Shown: positions 9,174-18,294, counted from the first letter of the stretch. The stretch is 64,000 nucleotides of DNA from Chloroflexota bacterium (GCA_036506475.1 DASXRR010000329.1:388-64387), one strand, 5' to 3'. Notes: generated by a model from the sequence alone, not told the origin. Made by a program: numbers and translations.

Positions 9174-10048
9174 TGGCGGCCCTCGCCCGTGGATTAAGCC
9201 TCTCCCAGAGGGAGAAGGGGTCTGGCCGGCATCTGGATCGCTGGGCGCTGATCGTCTACTTCGCCCTTATTGTCGGCGGCTTCTTCATGATCATGCCATT
9301 CCTGTACATGCTCTCGACCTCACTCAAGCCGCCGAACCAGGTGTTCATCTTCCCGCCACGCTGGATTCCCGACCCGATCGTCTGGAACAACTACGTCGTC
9401 GCGGCTGGCCGGCTGGGCATCGGCGCCTTCCTGAACTCCGTCGCTTTCACGGCGGCCATCGTGCTGGGCCAGGGACTGGTGACGACGATGGGCGGCTTCG
9501 CGTTCGCACGCTTGAAGTTTCCGGCCAAGAACGCGCTCTTTGTTGCCTACCTCGGCACGATGATGATTCCGTTCGTCGTCACGATGATTCCGACCTTCGT
9601 GATCGTCGCCCGCCTCGGCTGGCAGGACACCTACCAGGGCCTCGTCGTGCCAATCATGGCCCAGGGCGCGTTCGGCACGTTCCTGTTCCGCCAATTCTTC
9701 ATGGGCATCCCGGAGGAGCTCGGCGACGCCGCGACGGTCGACGGCGCGAACCCATTCCACATCTATTGGCGGATTTACCTGCCGCTGTCCGGGCCCGCGC
9801 TTACCGCGTACGGGGTGATTACGGCGCTCGCGGCCTGGAACATGTACCTCTGGCCGCTGATCGTCGTCCAATCGCCGTCGCTACGACCGCTGACCCTGGT
9901 GATCGCCCAGTTCTCGGGCGCGATGAATTCCGAGCTCCATATTCTGATGGCGTGTGTCACGCTGAGCCTGGTGCCGATCTTTCTGCTGTACGTGGTTGGC
10001 CAGCGCTTCTTCGTCGAGGGTGTGGCAATGACCGGCGTGAAGGGTTAG
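9173..10048 (+). CDS. Carbohydrate ABC transporter permease (MalG/UgpE-like)
   Basis: ATGA overlap with the upstream permease at 9171-9175. EAA loop …LGDAATVDGANPFHIYWRIYLPL…. The ORF-track start at 8660 lies inside the previous gene. Confidence 0.9.
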   Translation: MAALARGLSLSQREKGSGRHLDRWALIVYFALIVGGFFMIMPFLYMLSTSLKPPNQVFIFPPRWIPDPIVWNNYVVAAGRLGIGAFLNSVAFTAAIVLGQGLVTTMGGFAFARLKFPAKNALFVAYLGTMMIPFVVTMIPTFVIVARLGWQDTYQGLVVPIMAQGAFGTFLFRQFFMGIPEELGDAATVDGANPFHIYWRIYLPLSGPALTAYGVITALAAWNMYLWPLIVVQSPSLRPLTLVIAQFSGAMNSELHILMACVTLSLVPIFLLYVVGQRFFVEGVAMTGVKG

Positions 10049-10088
10049 CAACGCGGGCATCCGTCTCGTTTCGGCTTCAATAGGCGCC

Positions 10089-10505
10089 ATGAGTATGCCC
10101 TTGGCCGAGCTCGAGATGATCAAGCAGTTTGCCGCGCAGACCACGCGCGCGGTGCTCGTGACGCGTAGGAAAGACGATGGCTTGCAGTCATCTCCGATGA
10201 GCGTGATTGCCGACGAGGACGGCAACGTGCTGACCGCAACGCGAGCCAGGAACGCCAAGATCTACAACCTGGCGCGCGATCCGCGTGTGACGCTGTGTTT
10301 GTTTACCGAAAAGTGGCCGGGCCCATGGATGCACGTCGAGGGCGACGCCCACATCACGCGTCTGCCTGACGCCATGCCCTTGCTGGCCGCGTACTACGCG
10401 CGCCGCGGACAGGACACCAGCACCGACCACTTCCGCCAGCGCATGATCGACGAGAATCGCGTCCTGATCCGCATCACGCCGCGACGGGTCGTGCAGCGAG
10501 CATGA
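10089..10505 (+). CDS. PPOX-class (pyridoxamine 5'-phosphate oxidase-like, probably F420-dependent) protein
   Basis: 138-aa split-barrel pattern: …RAVLVTRRKDDGLQSSPMSV…DPRVTLCL…W…HVEGDA…. Confidence 0.7.
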   Translation: MSMPLAELEMIKQFAAQTTRAVLVTRRKDDGLQSSPMSVIADEDGNVLTATRARNAKIYNLARDPRVTLCLFTEKWPGPWMHVEGDAHITRLPDAMPLLAAYYARRGQDTSTDHFRQRMIDENRVLIRITPRRVVQRA

Positions 10506-11191
10506 GCACGTATGTGTTAGTGCACGGCTCGTATCAGGGTGGCTGGATCTGGAAACCGGTTGCGGAGCGATTGGAACACGCAGGTCATCAGGTCTATCGA
10601 CCCACGCTGGACGGCTCGGCGGAACGGAGGCGCAACAGCGCCGCCGGGCTCACCCTCGAACAGCACGGCGCCGAGCTGGCCGACCTGCTGTTCTACGAAG
10701 ACCTGCAGGCGGTGGTCCTCGTTGGCACCAGCATCGGCGGCATGGTCGTTGCGCAGAGTGCGCCGTCAGTGCACGACCGTATCCGGCGCCTGGTCTTCAT
10801 CGACGCGTTGGTGCCATTGCCCGGTGAATCAGTGCCGATCGTGAATTCGCGGCCGCCGCACGATCGACGTAACGGCGTGTATGGTCCGCCGCCCGAACAG
10901 GCGCGCACGACGATCTTCGGCGACATCGCCGGTGAAGTAGGCGACTGGGCAGCCGCGCGCTATACGCAACAGGCGATCGGACCGACAGACGATCCAGTTG
11001 ACCTACGCGACTTCTGGGCACGCAGGTGGCAGGTCGACGTGCTGCGCTGCACGCGGAGTCCGCTGCCGCCAGAAGCACATCAGCGGCGGACTGCCGAACG
11101 ACTGCACGGCAGTTACGCCGAAATCGACGCCGGCCATTACCCGATGCTGTCGCATCCGGAGGAAATTGCGAACTACCTCCTCGCGCGCTAG
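10502..11191 (+). CDS. Alpha/beta hydrolase (SABP2/esterase-like)
   Basis: MSTYVLVHGSYQGGWIWKPV…, nucleophile-elbow region …LVGTSIGGMV…, C-terminal …DAGHYPMLSHPEE…. ATGA overlap with the upstream gene. Confidence 0.8.
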   Translation: MSTYVLVHGSYQGGWIWKPVAERLEHAGHQVYRPTLDGSAERRRNSAAGLTLEQHGAELADLLFYEDLQAVVLVGTSIGGMVVAQSAPSVHDRIRRLVFIDALVPLPGESVPIVNSRPPHDRRNGVYGPPPEQARTTIFGDIAGEVGDWAAARYTQQAIGPTDDPVDLRDFWARRWQVDVLRCTRSPLPPEAHQRRTAERLHGSYAEIDAGHYPMLSHPEEIANYLLAR

Positions 11192-11404
11192 GCCGGCCGC
11201 GGCTGGGTGGGGAACCCAGCACGCGCACCGGCCCCCGAGCAGGGCTCGGGCCGGCCGGGGTCTCGTCGAGAACAGGGGGATCTGTTCTGTCCGATCCACG
11301 CGCGCCGGGCCGACAGATTGCTCGAGGTCGATGCACGCCAGGTTGAGCTAGCGTCTGACGGCGGTTGACGGTGTCGGTCGGGCGGCCACTATCCTGGCAG
11401 ACAC

Positions 11405-12193
11405 ATGGACACACCCCTCGCCGGGCGCACGGCACTTGTCACAGGTGCGGGCATGGGCATTGGCCAGGCCATCGCCATCGAGCTCGCCCGCCAGGGAGCC
11501 GATGTGGCGATCCATTACGCCAGCAGCGCCGCCGGCGCGGAGGAAACCACTGCGCAGATCAGCCAGCTTGGTCGGCGCACGCGCGCATTCCAGGCCGACC
11601 TCGGGCAGGTCGACGAGGCGCTGCATCTCGTCGACGCTGCCGCGGACGCACTGGGCGGGCTCGACATCCTGGTCAACAATGCCGGCGTTACACGCACACT
11701 TGATTTCGCCGAGACGACACCGGCGATCTACGACGCGGTCTTCAACCTCAATATGCGTGGCTACTTCTTTTGCGCCCAGCAGGCGGTTAGCCACATGCAA
11801 CACCGTGGTAAAGGCGCCATCGTGAACGTGACGTCGGTCCACGGCTTCGCTGGGTTCCCGCGCCACGCGGCGTACGCGGCAACCAAAGGTGCAATTATCG
11901 CCTTTACGCGTGAGCTGTCGATCGAGCTCGCTCCACAGAACATCCGCGTGAATGCCGTGGGCCCTGGATTGATCGAAGTGCCACGCTATTTCGACATCGC
12001 CGGCTACACCAGTGAGCTGGGTGGCAGCATGGTCCCCTGGGGACGTGTTGGCCACCCGCCCGACGTTGCACCCGCGGTCGCCTTTCTGGTGTCCGACGCA
12101 GCAGACTTCATTACGGGTCAGGTGCTGTACGTGGACGGCGGGACGACCGCGCGCATGGGTCTCTGGTGGGACCAGGGCCGTACTACAGCGTAG
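11405..12193 (+). CDS. SDR family oxidoreductase (FabG-like)
   Basis: [16 protein letters not shown] and YAATKGA motifs. Confidence 0.9.
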   Translation: MDTPLAGRTALVTGAGMGIGQAIAIELARQGADVAIHYASSAAGAEETTAQISQLGRRTRAFQADLGQVDEALHLVDAAADALGGLDILVNNAGVTRTLDFAETTPAIYDAVFNLNMRGYFFCAQQAVSHMQHRGKGAIVNVTSVHGFAGFPRHAAYAATKGAIIAFTRELSIELAPQNIRVNAVGPGLIEVPRYFDIAGYTSELGGSMVPWGRVGHPPDVAPAVAFLVSDAADFITGQVLYVDGGTTARMGLWWDQGRTTA

Positions 12194-12564
12194 TCGTCGT
12201 GCGCATGAAAATGCCTGGCGGTTCAGACTCGCAGCAGAGTGGCTTGCGCCTCTCCGCAGCCCCTTCCAGCATCCACATACTGGCACGCACCTTTCGATGC
12301 GTCGGAGCGGGAACCGGTGTGCCCTTTCGGGTTGCGTCTGTGGCGGCTACCGATTCCGTCGCGTTGTCTGTCTCACCAGGCGTTGCCAAGACTACGCCAA
12401 TTTCGAAGGGCGCGCCAAGCAGCGCCGGCGGCGCGTTACGGCGTGTGTGTGCACAGTTGCCCACCAGCAGCGAGGACGCCTGAGCATCGGCGCGTTTAGG
12501 TACTCGAGTTAGGTACATCGGCCGATTCGCGGATGCGCTGGGCTGGCGCAACGCCAACACGCAG

Positions 12565-13404
12565 GTGACGCTGACCCCCAGCGCGTCGAGTGCGGGTGTG
12601 CAATCGATCACATTCAGTGCCAGCGGAGCGAATCCAATCACGACGACGACAGTCTCCGGTTCGACTGCGTCCGTGGCGATTTCGAACGAAGGCGAGACGA
12701 CGCTGGTCTACGCGGCGGTCGACAACGCCGGCAACACCGAATACCCGAAGACGTTGAAGATCAAGGTCGACAAGACGCCGCCAACCACCCTCGGGTACGT
12801 CACGGCCGACCCCAACGGCACGCAGCATGTGTCGCTGCAGGCGTGGGATCAGTCGAACCTATCGGGCGTCAAGAACATTCAGTTTCAGGCGAGCGGGGCC
12901 AATCCGATCGCACCGACGACCACTCCGGGTGCGAGCGCGCACTTCGACATCACCGCGCCTGGTTCGACAACCGTCCACTATTGGGCGGTCGACAATGCCG
13001 ACGGTTTCGAGGGACCACACAGCCTCACACTCAAGCCGATCGCGCAGTTCACGCCCACATCGTTCCAGGTGAGTGCGCCGGTGGGTGGCACCGTGACAAA
13101 GACGGTAAGTATCAAGAACACCGGCCAGACCGCGCTGCCGTTCTCGTCGCTCGCGGTGATCGACTCGAGCGGCTTCACGTCGTCGGTGTTCAAGGTCAAG
13201 TACACCTCGTCGCCGCCGTGCACGGGCACCCTGTGGCCGAATCGCTCGTGCGCGGTGGACATCGAGTTTTCGCCGTACGGCGTCGGCACTTCCAATGAGA
13301 AGCTCGTGCTCAACGGTAACTCGTGGAGCAATCCGGACTCGGTCGGTCTCACCGGCACGGCGACCGGCCTGCCCAAAGCGACGCTCGGCACCCCTGGTGC
13401 ATGA
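12565..13404 (+). CDS. Surface-protein fragment: two Ig-like repeats plus a choice-of-anchor-D-like domain; N-terminally truncated, possibly a pseudogene
   Basis: Internal repeat (…ITFSASGANPITTTT…TTLVYAAVDNAGN… and …IQFQASGANPIAPTT…TTVHYWAVDNADG…), then …VSIKNTGQTALPF…CAVDIEFSP…. No signal peptide. The frame is open upstream only to an in-frame TGA at 12481-12483. Confidence 0.5.
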   Translation: MTLTPSASSAGVQSITFSASGANPITTTTVSGSTASVAISNEGETTLVYAAVDNAGNTEYPKTLKIKVDKTPPTTLGYVTADPNGTQHVSLQAWDQSNLSGVKNIQFQASGANPIAPTTTPGASAHFDITAPGSTTVHYWAVDNADGFEGPHSLTLKPIAQFTPTSFQVSAPVGGTVTKTVSIKNTGQTALPFSSLAVIDSSGFTSSVFKVKYTSSPPCTGTLWPNRSCAVDIEFSPYGVGTSNEKLVLNGNSWSNPDSVGLTGTATGLPKATLGTPGA

Positions 13405-13408
13405 CGGC

Positions 13409-13576
13409 GCGGCGGTGCTTGTACACACCCTGGCCATGCTGGCTGTCATGGGCGTGGTCGCGCTGGCCGTCTACGAGAAGTTGGGCGTCGGCATCCTGCG
13501 CCACGCCTGGCTCAATGTGGACCTGCTATGAGCGCTCGCCGTGGTGACTGCCGGCCTGGTCACGCTCTTCACCTGA
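13409..13576 (+). pseudogene. Remnant of a membrane-protein C-terminus interrupted by an in-frame TGA
   Basis: …AAVLVHTLAMLAVMGVVALAVYEKLGVGILRHAWLNVDLL*ALAVVTAGLVTLFT*. Hydrophobic helices continue in the same frame across the TGA at 13529-13531. No plausible start or N-terminal part. Confidence 0.3.
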
Positions 13577-13611
13577 CATGCCGGACGCGGGCGAGCGGCT
13601 AGCATGGGCAC

Positions 13612-15129
13612 GTGCGGATCCTGCTCGCGGGTATGGACGGCGCGCTCGGCGACCGACTGAAGGGCGCGCTCAGCGCTCAGCACGACGTGGCGACGATGGA
13701 CGGCGATCCGCGCGATCGCGACACCGCTGCCCAGGCAAGCGCAGGCCGTGACGCCATCGTGTGCGGGGTATCGCAGGTCGATGTAGCGGACCCGCTGCCC
13801 GCGCTCGACCGCGCCTCACGCGGCGTGTTCAACCTGATCTCGACGACGACAGCGACGCGCTTTGTGCTGCTGAGCTCGCTACGGCCGTTCGAACGCTATC
13901 CACTCGACCATAGGGTGACCGAGTACTGGGCACCGCGCCCGACGACCGATCCGTTGGACCTCGTGCCGTACACCGCCGAAGGCGTGGTGCGCGAAGCGGC
14001 GCACACGCTGCCGCTCAAAGCGATCTGCCTGCGCCTCGGGCCGGTCGTTGACGACACAGCCGGCGATCCGCGCGCGGTCCACGTCGACGACGTCGTGCAG
14101 GCCGTCGAGAAGGCGCTCGCGTTCGACAAGCCGCAAAACGGCTGGTCGGCGTTTCACATCGTCGGCGCGGGCACGACGCGCTTTCCACTCGGTATGGCGG
14201 GCGGCGCGGACCGCGCCAGCGCGTTGCCGATGCCGATGCTCGGCTACACGCCCCGTCACGACGTAAGCGGCGGGCGACCCCTCGACGCACGCGATGCCCC
14301 GCCCGCGCGCAGCCTGCGCGACATTCCTGGCGGCGGCGCGCGGCGCGTGCTCATCTTCGGCGCGGGCGGACCGCTCGCGGCCATCTCGGCAGCCGCGCTC
14401 GAACGGGACCACATTCTCCGTCTGTGCGATCTGCGCCCGCTCGCGGACATTGTCGCGCATGGCACGCCGCAGTCGCGTGGCGCTCCGGTGCCGAAGCTCC
14501 TTGGGCCGCCGCACGAGACGCGACCGGTCGACGTCACCGACTACGATCAGGTGCTCGAGGCCACGCGTGGCATGGACGCGGTCATCAACATGACCGTGAT
14601 GCGCCACGATCCGGTCGAGGCGTTCCGCGTCAACACCCTGGGTGCCTACAACGTCGTCAAGGCAGCGGTCGAGTGCGGCATCCGCCGGATCGTGCAGACC
14701 GGGCCGCAGCAGGTGACCAACACGATGCCCGGTGGGTACTGGTCGGACACGGATTTGCCTTCGGACGTCCCGCCCAGGCCGGGTGTCGCGCTGTATTTCA
14801 TCAGTAAATTTCTGGGCCACGAGATCGTGCGCATCTTCGCCCAGGAGCACGATATGGAAGTGCCGACGCTGGTCTTCGGACCGTTTACCAACCCCGACGA
14901 CTGCGAACCGGATGAGCTTGGCTGCTACCCGTTCCTCGTCTCATGGGCCGACGCCGCCGAAGCAGTCCGCGGCGCCCTGCGCGCACCGTCCTTTCCGCGT
15001 CCATTCGAGGTCTTCCCTATCCTGGCTGACCTGCCCCACGGCCGCTATCGGACCGACCGTGCCAAAGAGCTGCTGCACTGGCAGCCACGCGACAACCTGG
15101 ACGTGCACTGGCGCAGGCACTTGCCCTGA
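13612..15129 (+). CDS. Tandem NAD(P)-binding (epimerase/dehydratase-like) two-domain protein
   Basis: Two Rossmann starts (MRILLAGMDGALG… and …RVLIFGAGGPLAA…). The second half has a YxxxK motif (YFISKFLG). Confidence 0.7.
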   Translation: MRILLAGMDGALGDRLKGALSAQHDVATMDGDPRDRDTAAQASAGRDAIVCGVSQVDVADPLPALDRASRGVFNLISTTTATRFVLLSSLRPFERYPLDHRVTEYWAPRPTTDPLDLVPYTAEGVVREAAHTLPLKAICLRLGPVVDDTAGDPRAVHVDDVVQAVEKALAFDKPQNGWSAFHIVGAGTTRFPLGMAGGADRASALPMPMLGYTPRHDVSGGRPLDARDAPPARSLRDIPGGGARRVLIFGAGGPLAAISAAALERDHILRLCDLRPLADIVAHGTPQSRGAPVPKLLGPPHETRPVDVTDYDQVLEATRGMDAVINMTVMRHDPVEAFRVNTLGAYNVVKAAVECGIRRIVQTGPQQVTNTMPGGYWSDTDLPSDVPPRPGVALYFISKFLGHEIVRIFAQEHDMEVPTLVFGPFTNPDDCEPDELGCYPFLVSWADAAEAVRGALRAPSFPRPFEVFPILADLPHGRYRTDRAKELLHWQPRDNLDVHWRRHLP

Positions 15130-15134
15130 CTGCG

Positions 15135-15599
15135 CTAGGCTGGGCTGAGGGCGATCTGCCAGCCGCACGCGGACTGGACGTCCAGGTAGTACTCGCCGGG
15201 CTCGAGGTTGTACACGTAGCTCGCAGCGCTCGCACCGGTCGCTGGAACGTGGACGAGCTTCGCCAGATCGGTCACGTGGCCGAGCGACGAATCGCCATTG
15301 GCGGGATCAACAGCCTTCAGCTCGGCCGAGTGGGTGCAAGGCGGAAACTCGGGGGCCTCCCCCCAGGCGGCCCACTCGGTGCGGTAGGTGCCACCAGCCA
15401 GGTAGAACGGGTCGGTGGACTGGCTGTAGATGCCCGTGCGGATGATGGGTGTGCCGGTGGTTGGTTTTCGCTGAGGACTGTTGACATCGCCGTCGAAGCC
15501 GCGGCCAAGCCCACGCCAAGCCAGCACCACCGCGACCAGCGCGAAACCGCCGATGACCAGGAAGTCGGGCCAATGCGCAGCTCGTCGTGCGGAGCTCAT
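15135..15599 (-). CDS. Hypothetical membrane-anchored protein
   Basis: MSSARRAAHWPDFLVIGGFALVAVVLAW… is a single N-terminal TM segment, followed by a ~110-aa extracytoplasmic domain. No recognisable family. The internal ATG at 15599 is preferred over the ORF-track start. Confidence 0.55.
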   Translation of the reverse strand: MSSARRAAHWPDFLVIGGFALVAVVLAWRGLGRGFDGDVNSPQRKPTTGTPIIRTGIYSQSTDPFYLAGGTYRTEWAAWGEAPEFPPCTHSAELKAVDPANGDSSLGHVTDLAKLVHVPATGASAASYVYNLEPGEYYLDVQSACGWQIALSPA

Positions 15600-15677
15600 T
15601 CCGCGCCATGGTACGTGCCATTCGTGCAATACAGCGCACTCGTGTTCGTTAGCGTTGTCCCGGTCGGGGGGCCGCAG

Positions 15678-15732
15678 GTGCACCGCGGAGCGAAGCGGAG
15701 CGTGGGTGCACCCCGCGGAGCGAAGCGGAGCG
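15678..15732. repeat. Tandem REP-like repeat (two ~27-nt units, GGTGCACC(C)CGCGGAGCGAAGCGGAGCG)
   Basis: Two adjacent near-identical units in the intergenic gap between two minus-strand genes. The core recurs at 2386-2404. Confidence 0.7.
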
Positions 15733-15782
15733 CGGGCTCCCGCGACCCAATGACGTAGCGGACCGGGGTAGGTCTATAGGCG

Positions 15783-16514
15783 TTACGGCGCGGCCTGGAA
15801 GATGGTCACCCCGAGCGCGCGATACTTCGGCCGATCGTCGGGCGTGGTCGCGGTCCCCATGGCGATCCGGATCCCGGTGCCAGCAAGCTGCTCGGCCACG
15901 TTCTGCATGCACGCCTCGACGGTCTTGAGCGGGTACTGCGGATGGAGGTCGAGCGAGAACTCGAGGTCGTTCGGGCCCCAGGTGACATGGGTGATCCCCG
16001 GCCTGACGAGTCGAGCGATGTTCGTCACCGTCTGGACTGATTCGATCTGGATGCTGAGCAAGACGGTCTCGTTCCACCAGGCGGCGTACTCGCGTCGGGC
16101 AGTTGGGGCGGTGCGGCTGCGCAGGCCAAGTCTGTTGGCGCCGCCCCAGCTGCGCCGCCCGAGCGGCCCGTAGTAGGCAAAATCGAGGGCGTCCTGCACG
16201 GTCGACGACTCCATCACCTCGGGCACCAGCGCGCCGCTGACGCCCAGGTCGAAGAAGCGGCCGACCTTATGCGCGTCGCGCGTATGCGGGATGCGGAGTT
16301 GCACGGGAATGCCCAGCTCCTCCGCCGCGCCGGTGAAGCTGACCAATAGATGATCGCTGTACGCCGAGTGCTGGGCATCCAGCCAGATCAGGTCGCATTG
16401 GCCGCCGCCCTTGACCGCCGCCAGTTGTTCCTTGCTCCAACCAATGTCTCCGCGTACGGCGACCAGCTCATCGCCGGCGGCGATGCGCGCGCGCAGGTTG
16501 CTGTGGCTCGTCAC
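15783..16514 (-). CDS. HpcH/HpaI aldolase/citrate-lyase family protein
   Basis: …DLIWLDAQHSAY…RIPHTRDAHKVGRFFDLGVSGALVPEV…ALDFAYYGPLGRRSWG…. Confidence 0.75.
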   Translation of the reverse strand: MTSHSNLRARIAAGDELVAVRGDIGWSKEQLAAVKGGGQCDLIWLDAQHSAYSDHLLVSFTGAAEELGIPVQLRIPHTRDAHKVGRFFDLGVSGALVPEVMESSTVQDALDFAYYGPLGRRSWGGANRLGLRSRTAPTARREYAAWWNETVLLSIQIESVQTVTNIARLVRPGITHVTWGPNDLEFSLDLHPQYPLKTVEACMQNVAEQLAGTGIRIAMGTATTPDDRPKYRALGVTIFQAAP

Positions 16515-16735
16515 GTTCGTGATTTCCTCATCGTGTGCTGATTGGACTACATCCTCATGGTGCGCTGCCGTGAGCGAGCTAAACGGCAGCCGGGCTAGCC
16601 GGGCGCGCGTTCAGATTTGCGCATCTTTGGCGCACTCGATGCGCAGCGCGCGACTTGCAACGAGTCAATGATGGACGTGCATCACTCCGCGGGGCCAACC
16701 GATCGACGCGGGGTGATGTGACGAAGGAGGAACTG

Positions 16736-17131
16736 ATGTCCACGCAATCTATTGGTCGCCCGGCGACCGCGATGGTCGTAGTGGGGTTGTGGATCGTCCA
16801 GATCTTGCTGGCGGCCGTCTTTGCCTTTTCGGGCGCGTTCAAACTCATCACCCCGATCGAAGAGATGCCGCTGCCGTTCGCGCTGCCGGGCGTGTTCATT
16901 CGCTTCATCGGAACCTGCGAGGTACTGGGCGCGCTCGGGCTGGTGCTGCCTGGCCTGGTGCGAATTCGACAGAGCCTGACGCCACTGGCGGCTGGCGGAC
17001 TGGTGGTGCTCATGCTCGGCGCCGCGATGTTTACCCCGCCTGACGCGCCCGCGTTGGTGCTGATGCCGGTGGTGATTGGGCTGCTCGCGGCCATCGTCGC
17101 TTACGGACGCTGGCGGGTGGCACCGCTATGA
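16736..17131 (+). CDS. DoxX family membrane protein
   Basis: SD GAAGGAGG precedes the ATG at 16736. Four-TM pattern …LLAAVFAFSGAFKL…FIGTCEVLGALGLVLPG…. Confidence 0.8.
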   Translation: MSTQSIGRPATAMVVVGLWIVQILLAAVFAFSGAFKLITPIEEMPLPFALPGVFIRFIGTCEVLGALGLVLPGLVRIRQSLTPLAAGGLVVLMLGAAMFTPPDAPALVLMPVVIGLLAAIVAYGRWRVAPL

Positions 17132-17883
17132 ACTACCCATTTACGATCGAAGACGAGATCGACGTCGATGCCACGCCTGAAGAGGCGTGGCAGGCGATCA
17201 GCGTCGGGCCGCGACTCGACTCCTGGTTCATGGGCCGCAGCGAGATCGAGCCGCGCGTTGGTGGAACCGCGCGGATCGACTTTGACGGCTTCGCCATGGA
17301 ATCCACGGTCACCGAGTGGGACCCGCCAACGCGGCTGGTGTATCGCTCCAGCGAAGACCCGGATGGAGCATTTATGGAATTTGGCTGGCGGGTCGAGCAA
17401 CGTGCCGGCGGCGGCGCGACGCTGCACTTCACCCACCGCGGCTGCCTGGCGGGCGACGACAGCGAGGCGGAGTACGAGGCGCTCAAGAGCGGCGACCCGA
17501 TGTACTTGCGCAAGCTGGCGCACTATCTGGAGTTCTTCAATGGCCAGATTGCAACGCGCAACATTGCGGTCCAGGGACCGGTCGTCGCGTCGGCCGACCA
17601 GTTCTGGTCGGCGCTGCGGCGGGCGCTCGGGCTCGATCAAGGTGCCGGAGTCCGCGAATGGGATGTGGTGCATGCTGCACTCGACGGACTTGGAACAGTC
17701 GATGGAGTCGTGGACTATCTCACGCCCGCGTTTCTGGGGGTGCGCAGCAGCACCGCTCTGTACCGCTTCCTGTACGCACCGGGCGGCGTGGCGATGGTCG
17801 AGCACCACGACTTCTCGTCCTCGCCAAATGGGCACACGAGCGCCGACGCATGGCGGGCCTGGCTTGCCAAGGTGTTCGAATAA
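17128..17883 (+). CDS. SRPBCC / AHSA1 (activator of Hsp90 ATPase-like) domain protein
   Basis: …DVDATPEEAWQAIS…GWRVEQRAGGGATLHFTH…. ATGA overlap with doxX. DoxX next to SRPBCC is a common pairing. Confidence 0.75.
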   Translation: MNYPFTIEDEIDVDATPEEAWQAISVGPRLDSWFMGRSEIEPRVGGTARIDFDGFAMESTVTEWDPPTRLVYRSSEDPDGAFMEFGWRVEQRAGGGATLHFTHRGCLAGDDSEAEYEALKSGDPMYLRKLAHYLEFFNGQIATRNIAVQGPVVASADQFWSALRRALGLDQGAGVREWDVVHAALDGLGTVDGVVDYLTPAFLGVRSSTALYRFLYAPGGVAMVEHHDFSSSPNGHTSADAWRAWLAKVFE

Positions 17884-17894
17884 GCAGCGTCACG

Positions 17895-17922
17895 GAGAGT
17901 CGCCGTAGCCACGGCGACTCTC
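17895..17922 (+). terminator. Perfect 11-bp stem-loop after the SRPBCC gene (no U-tract)
   Basis: GAGAGTCGCCG-tagcca-CGGCGACTCTC begins 12 nt after the TAA stop. Confidence 0.5.
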
Positions 17923-18083
17923 GAAGCTGGGGATGCGCGTACCCCATCTGGGGGACTTTGTCCTGTGGAGCGCGATCTCGAGGCTGCACAGGCTAAATGG
18001 CTGCCACTGACGTACCGATAGTCAAACTGCGAGCCAGGTAGCTCACGCTCCGACCGCCTCACGTCCTCAGGAGGGCACGATCC

Positions 18084-18218
18084 ATGAAGTTCCACATCAA
18101 GTGGGAAACCCCAAAGCCACGCCTCTCGGCTGCTCGCATTCGGGCAAGCCTGATTCTGCTCGGCATCACGGTTCTGGCCCTGGCTGGGTCGGCCGGCCAA
18201 AAGTGGTCGGGCCAGTAA
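18084..18218 (+). CDS. Small (44 aa) single-TM protein
   Basis: AGGAGG lies 8 nt upstream of the ATG. Product MKFHIKWETPKPRLSAARIRASLILLGITVLALAGSAGQKWSGQ. Absent from the ORF track because it is under 60 aa. Confidence 0.45.
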   Translation: MKFHIKWETPKPRLSAARIRASLILLGITVLALAGSAGQKWSGQ

Positions 18219-18294
18219 CCCGGGACTCTAGCGAACAGACCGGATCGCGGGCGGTGCTCGCCGCCGCCCGGGTCCGATCGTCTTTGCACGAGCT

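Noticed and set aside
12481-13531. The two in-frame TGAs (12481-12483, 13529-13531) as evidence for UGA recoding (Trp, Gly or Sec).
   Set aside because: Many well-supported genes in the window terminate at TGA at the expected family length (for example 3025-3027, 4052-4054, 9171-9173, 23547-23549). No SECIS-like context was noticed. Pseudogenisation is the simpler reading.
13879-14850. Long antisense or alternative-frame ORFs throughout the track. Examples: 1233-2045(-), 2212-3129(-), 5375-5962(+), 13879-14850(-), 19604-20827(-), 24635-25735(+), 35479-36666(-), 37368-38324(-), 40360-41526(-), 44345-45157(-), 62156-63268(-).
   Set aside because: They lie opposite or out of frame to genes with clear family motifs. 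Their translations are Arg/Ala/Gly/Pro-rich low-information text, typical of shadow ORFs in high-GC DNA. None shows a domain signature or SD.
17923-18083. Possible c-di-GMP (GEMM) riboswitch or other leader upstream of the DUF5317/GGDEF-EAL module.
   Set aside because: I could not recognise the conserved GEMM-I or GEMM-II cores or a convincing fold by eye. This needs cmsearch to settle.
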